Shown here: positions 62,719 to 64,000 of the stretch, one piece after another
Layout of the letters: each line of letters begins with the position of its first letter
Position numbering within the stretch: position 1 is the first letter of the stretch
Assembly (NCBI GenBank): GCA_013239625.1
Contig: MU054187.1
Span: 5,033,757-5,097,756 of the forward strand
Direction of reading: 5' to 3'
Source of the DNA: Lama guanicoe
Taxonomy: Eukaryota
DNA length: 64,000 nucleotides
The notes under the pieces: generated by a model
What the model was told of the DNA's origin: nothing
Database searches by the model: none
The model's input: only the letters and a program-made list of their open reading frames with translations
Translations under genes and position numbers: made by a program

Positions 62719-64000
62719 GTAAGTGTAAGAAAAGCAACAGAAGAAATTTAGCCAGCCGTGAACAAGAGTATCTCACTTGTTCAACAGCCAAAAAAAAAAA
62801 GAGAGGGAGAGAGACAGAGAGAGAGGGTGGAGATTCAGCTGGTCACTGTTCCTGCCCATGTGTGCCTTCACTGTACAGCAGCAGCTACGGAGCCTGAAAG
62901 GTCTTTCAGTCTCATAAATGGGCTATTCTCCTTCAGCAATCTGGGTTTGGATAAGAAAGCTTACAAGGTCTGGAATCCACTCGTATTGTCAGTCTTATAA
63001 GCCTGTAACCCTTGGACACCGAGAAATGCAATTAGCAGCACTTGCCATTTGAGTGACACTCAGGTTCCAGGTATCGGACAGAGTGATTCTATCGTTTCAC
63101 TTTGCAAAGTTTCAAGTTGCCGGAGAGAAGCACGTTTCACTTAAGTTCCAATATTTAACAGATGTCTGCTTTCTCCCGCACTTGCTCCAAGAACACCAAA
63201 TATTTGGATGCAAAATTTCCATGAGAACACGAAGCACTTTAACACAGCTATAGAACTGCTGTAAAAACCCAACAAACAAACAAACAAACAAAACGCAAAG
63301 TCCCCGTGGTTAGGCCAGAAGGAAGGCGTGAGGGAAACAGGGGCTGGGGGTGGAAGGTGGGGGCTGACTGCGGAAGGCTTTCCTGATCACAGCAATTCCA
63401 CCAGCTAATTCCGTGCTCTCGCCTCTGCGCCTCTTTATTTGTGGTTTCACCATGAAAGCTTACAACCTGTTAAAGAAACAATCTACAAGGAAATGCTTCC
63501 AGGTTTTGGTTCACTGTTAAAGCTGTATCCAGACTGGCTAGTCCTAGGCTCTTGAACATTACTGGTTAGTAAAAGACTAGGTGACTGAGGTCAAAACTTC
63601 ATATATAATGTAAAAAATTATATGTATATTATCTATCAATCAATTTAATCTCTAGTTCACAGATACACCTATGCTCCTGAGAGATGTTAGAATTACAGAC
63701 CTTAAAGTTATCCTTCAGTTGCACTTCAGATCAAAAAATTTGTGATTTGCAGACATGTTTGTGGTTTATTGTTTGTTTCTGTTAGTCATTTGAAACATGT
63801 CTCTCTGTAACATGAACAAGTTTGTTTTAATTTTTCAATGCATTAAAGATGATTCGAAATACAGAATGGTTTCTTTTTAAAACCACCCTTTCTGTTTGAC
63901 AGCACCCACTGGTTTGAGTCTAAGTACCTTCGTAAAATTCTGGGATTTGTTGCACAGATTTATATCTTTCCATGTTCCCTCTCATCATTAAGCCAATTAT

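Larger units (their letters stand above)
1..64000 (-). other. CSGALNACT1: Window lies inside the 5'-UTR/intronic portion of a large minus-strand gene, probably CSGALNACT1 (chondroitin sulfate N-acetylgalactosaminyltransferase 1); no coding exon in window
   Basis: Seen: minus-strand AG/GT-bounded exons of 130 nt (in a CpG island) and 135 nt, ~11 kb apart, an upstream donor at 32245, and no coding exon in 64 kb. Recalled, not checked: human CSGALNACT1 has ~128- and ~119-nt 5'-UTR exons ~10.5 kb apart next to an internal CpG promoter, flanked by ~80-kb introns. Removing the visible 16-nt duplication from the 135-nt exon gives 119 nt. Confidence 0.6.

Noticed and set aside
1..64000. CRISPR arrays, prokaryotic operons or a foreign insert
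   Set aside because: No regularly spaced repeat-spacer array, long ORF or abrupt compositional block; mammalian repeats occur throughout

Overview
Mammalian, non-coding genomic DNA. The tRNA-derived SINEs (GGGGAGGGTATAGCTCAGTGGTAGA...CCTCCA plus A-rich tail) resemble Vic-1 and point to a camelid (Camelus/Vicugna/Lama). I find no credible protein-coding exon: the supplied ORFs are chance, CpG-island or repeat-derived frames. The window reads as the 5'-UTR/intronic part of a large minus-strand gene. It has a CpG island at ~31.4-31.9 kb, a probable first exon ending at 32246, and two non-coding exons at 31366-31495 (130 nt) and 20170-20304 (135 nt). This layout matches my recollection of the CSGALNACT1 5'-UTR exons (~128 nt and ~119 nt, ~10-11 kb apart, flanked by very long introns). 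That assignment is from memory and needs an alignment to confirm. The rest is a normal mix of MIR, L2, L1, MLT and hAT repeats. The best second-look items are a 16-nt inverted micro-duplication in the 135-nt exon that shifts a uORF frame, a candidate exon with a near-identical 3' end, a possible spliced antisense transcript from the CpG island, two SINEs sharing a triplicated target site, and an old L1 fragment with unexpected CpG richness. I see no convincing evidence of a wholly new biological system.
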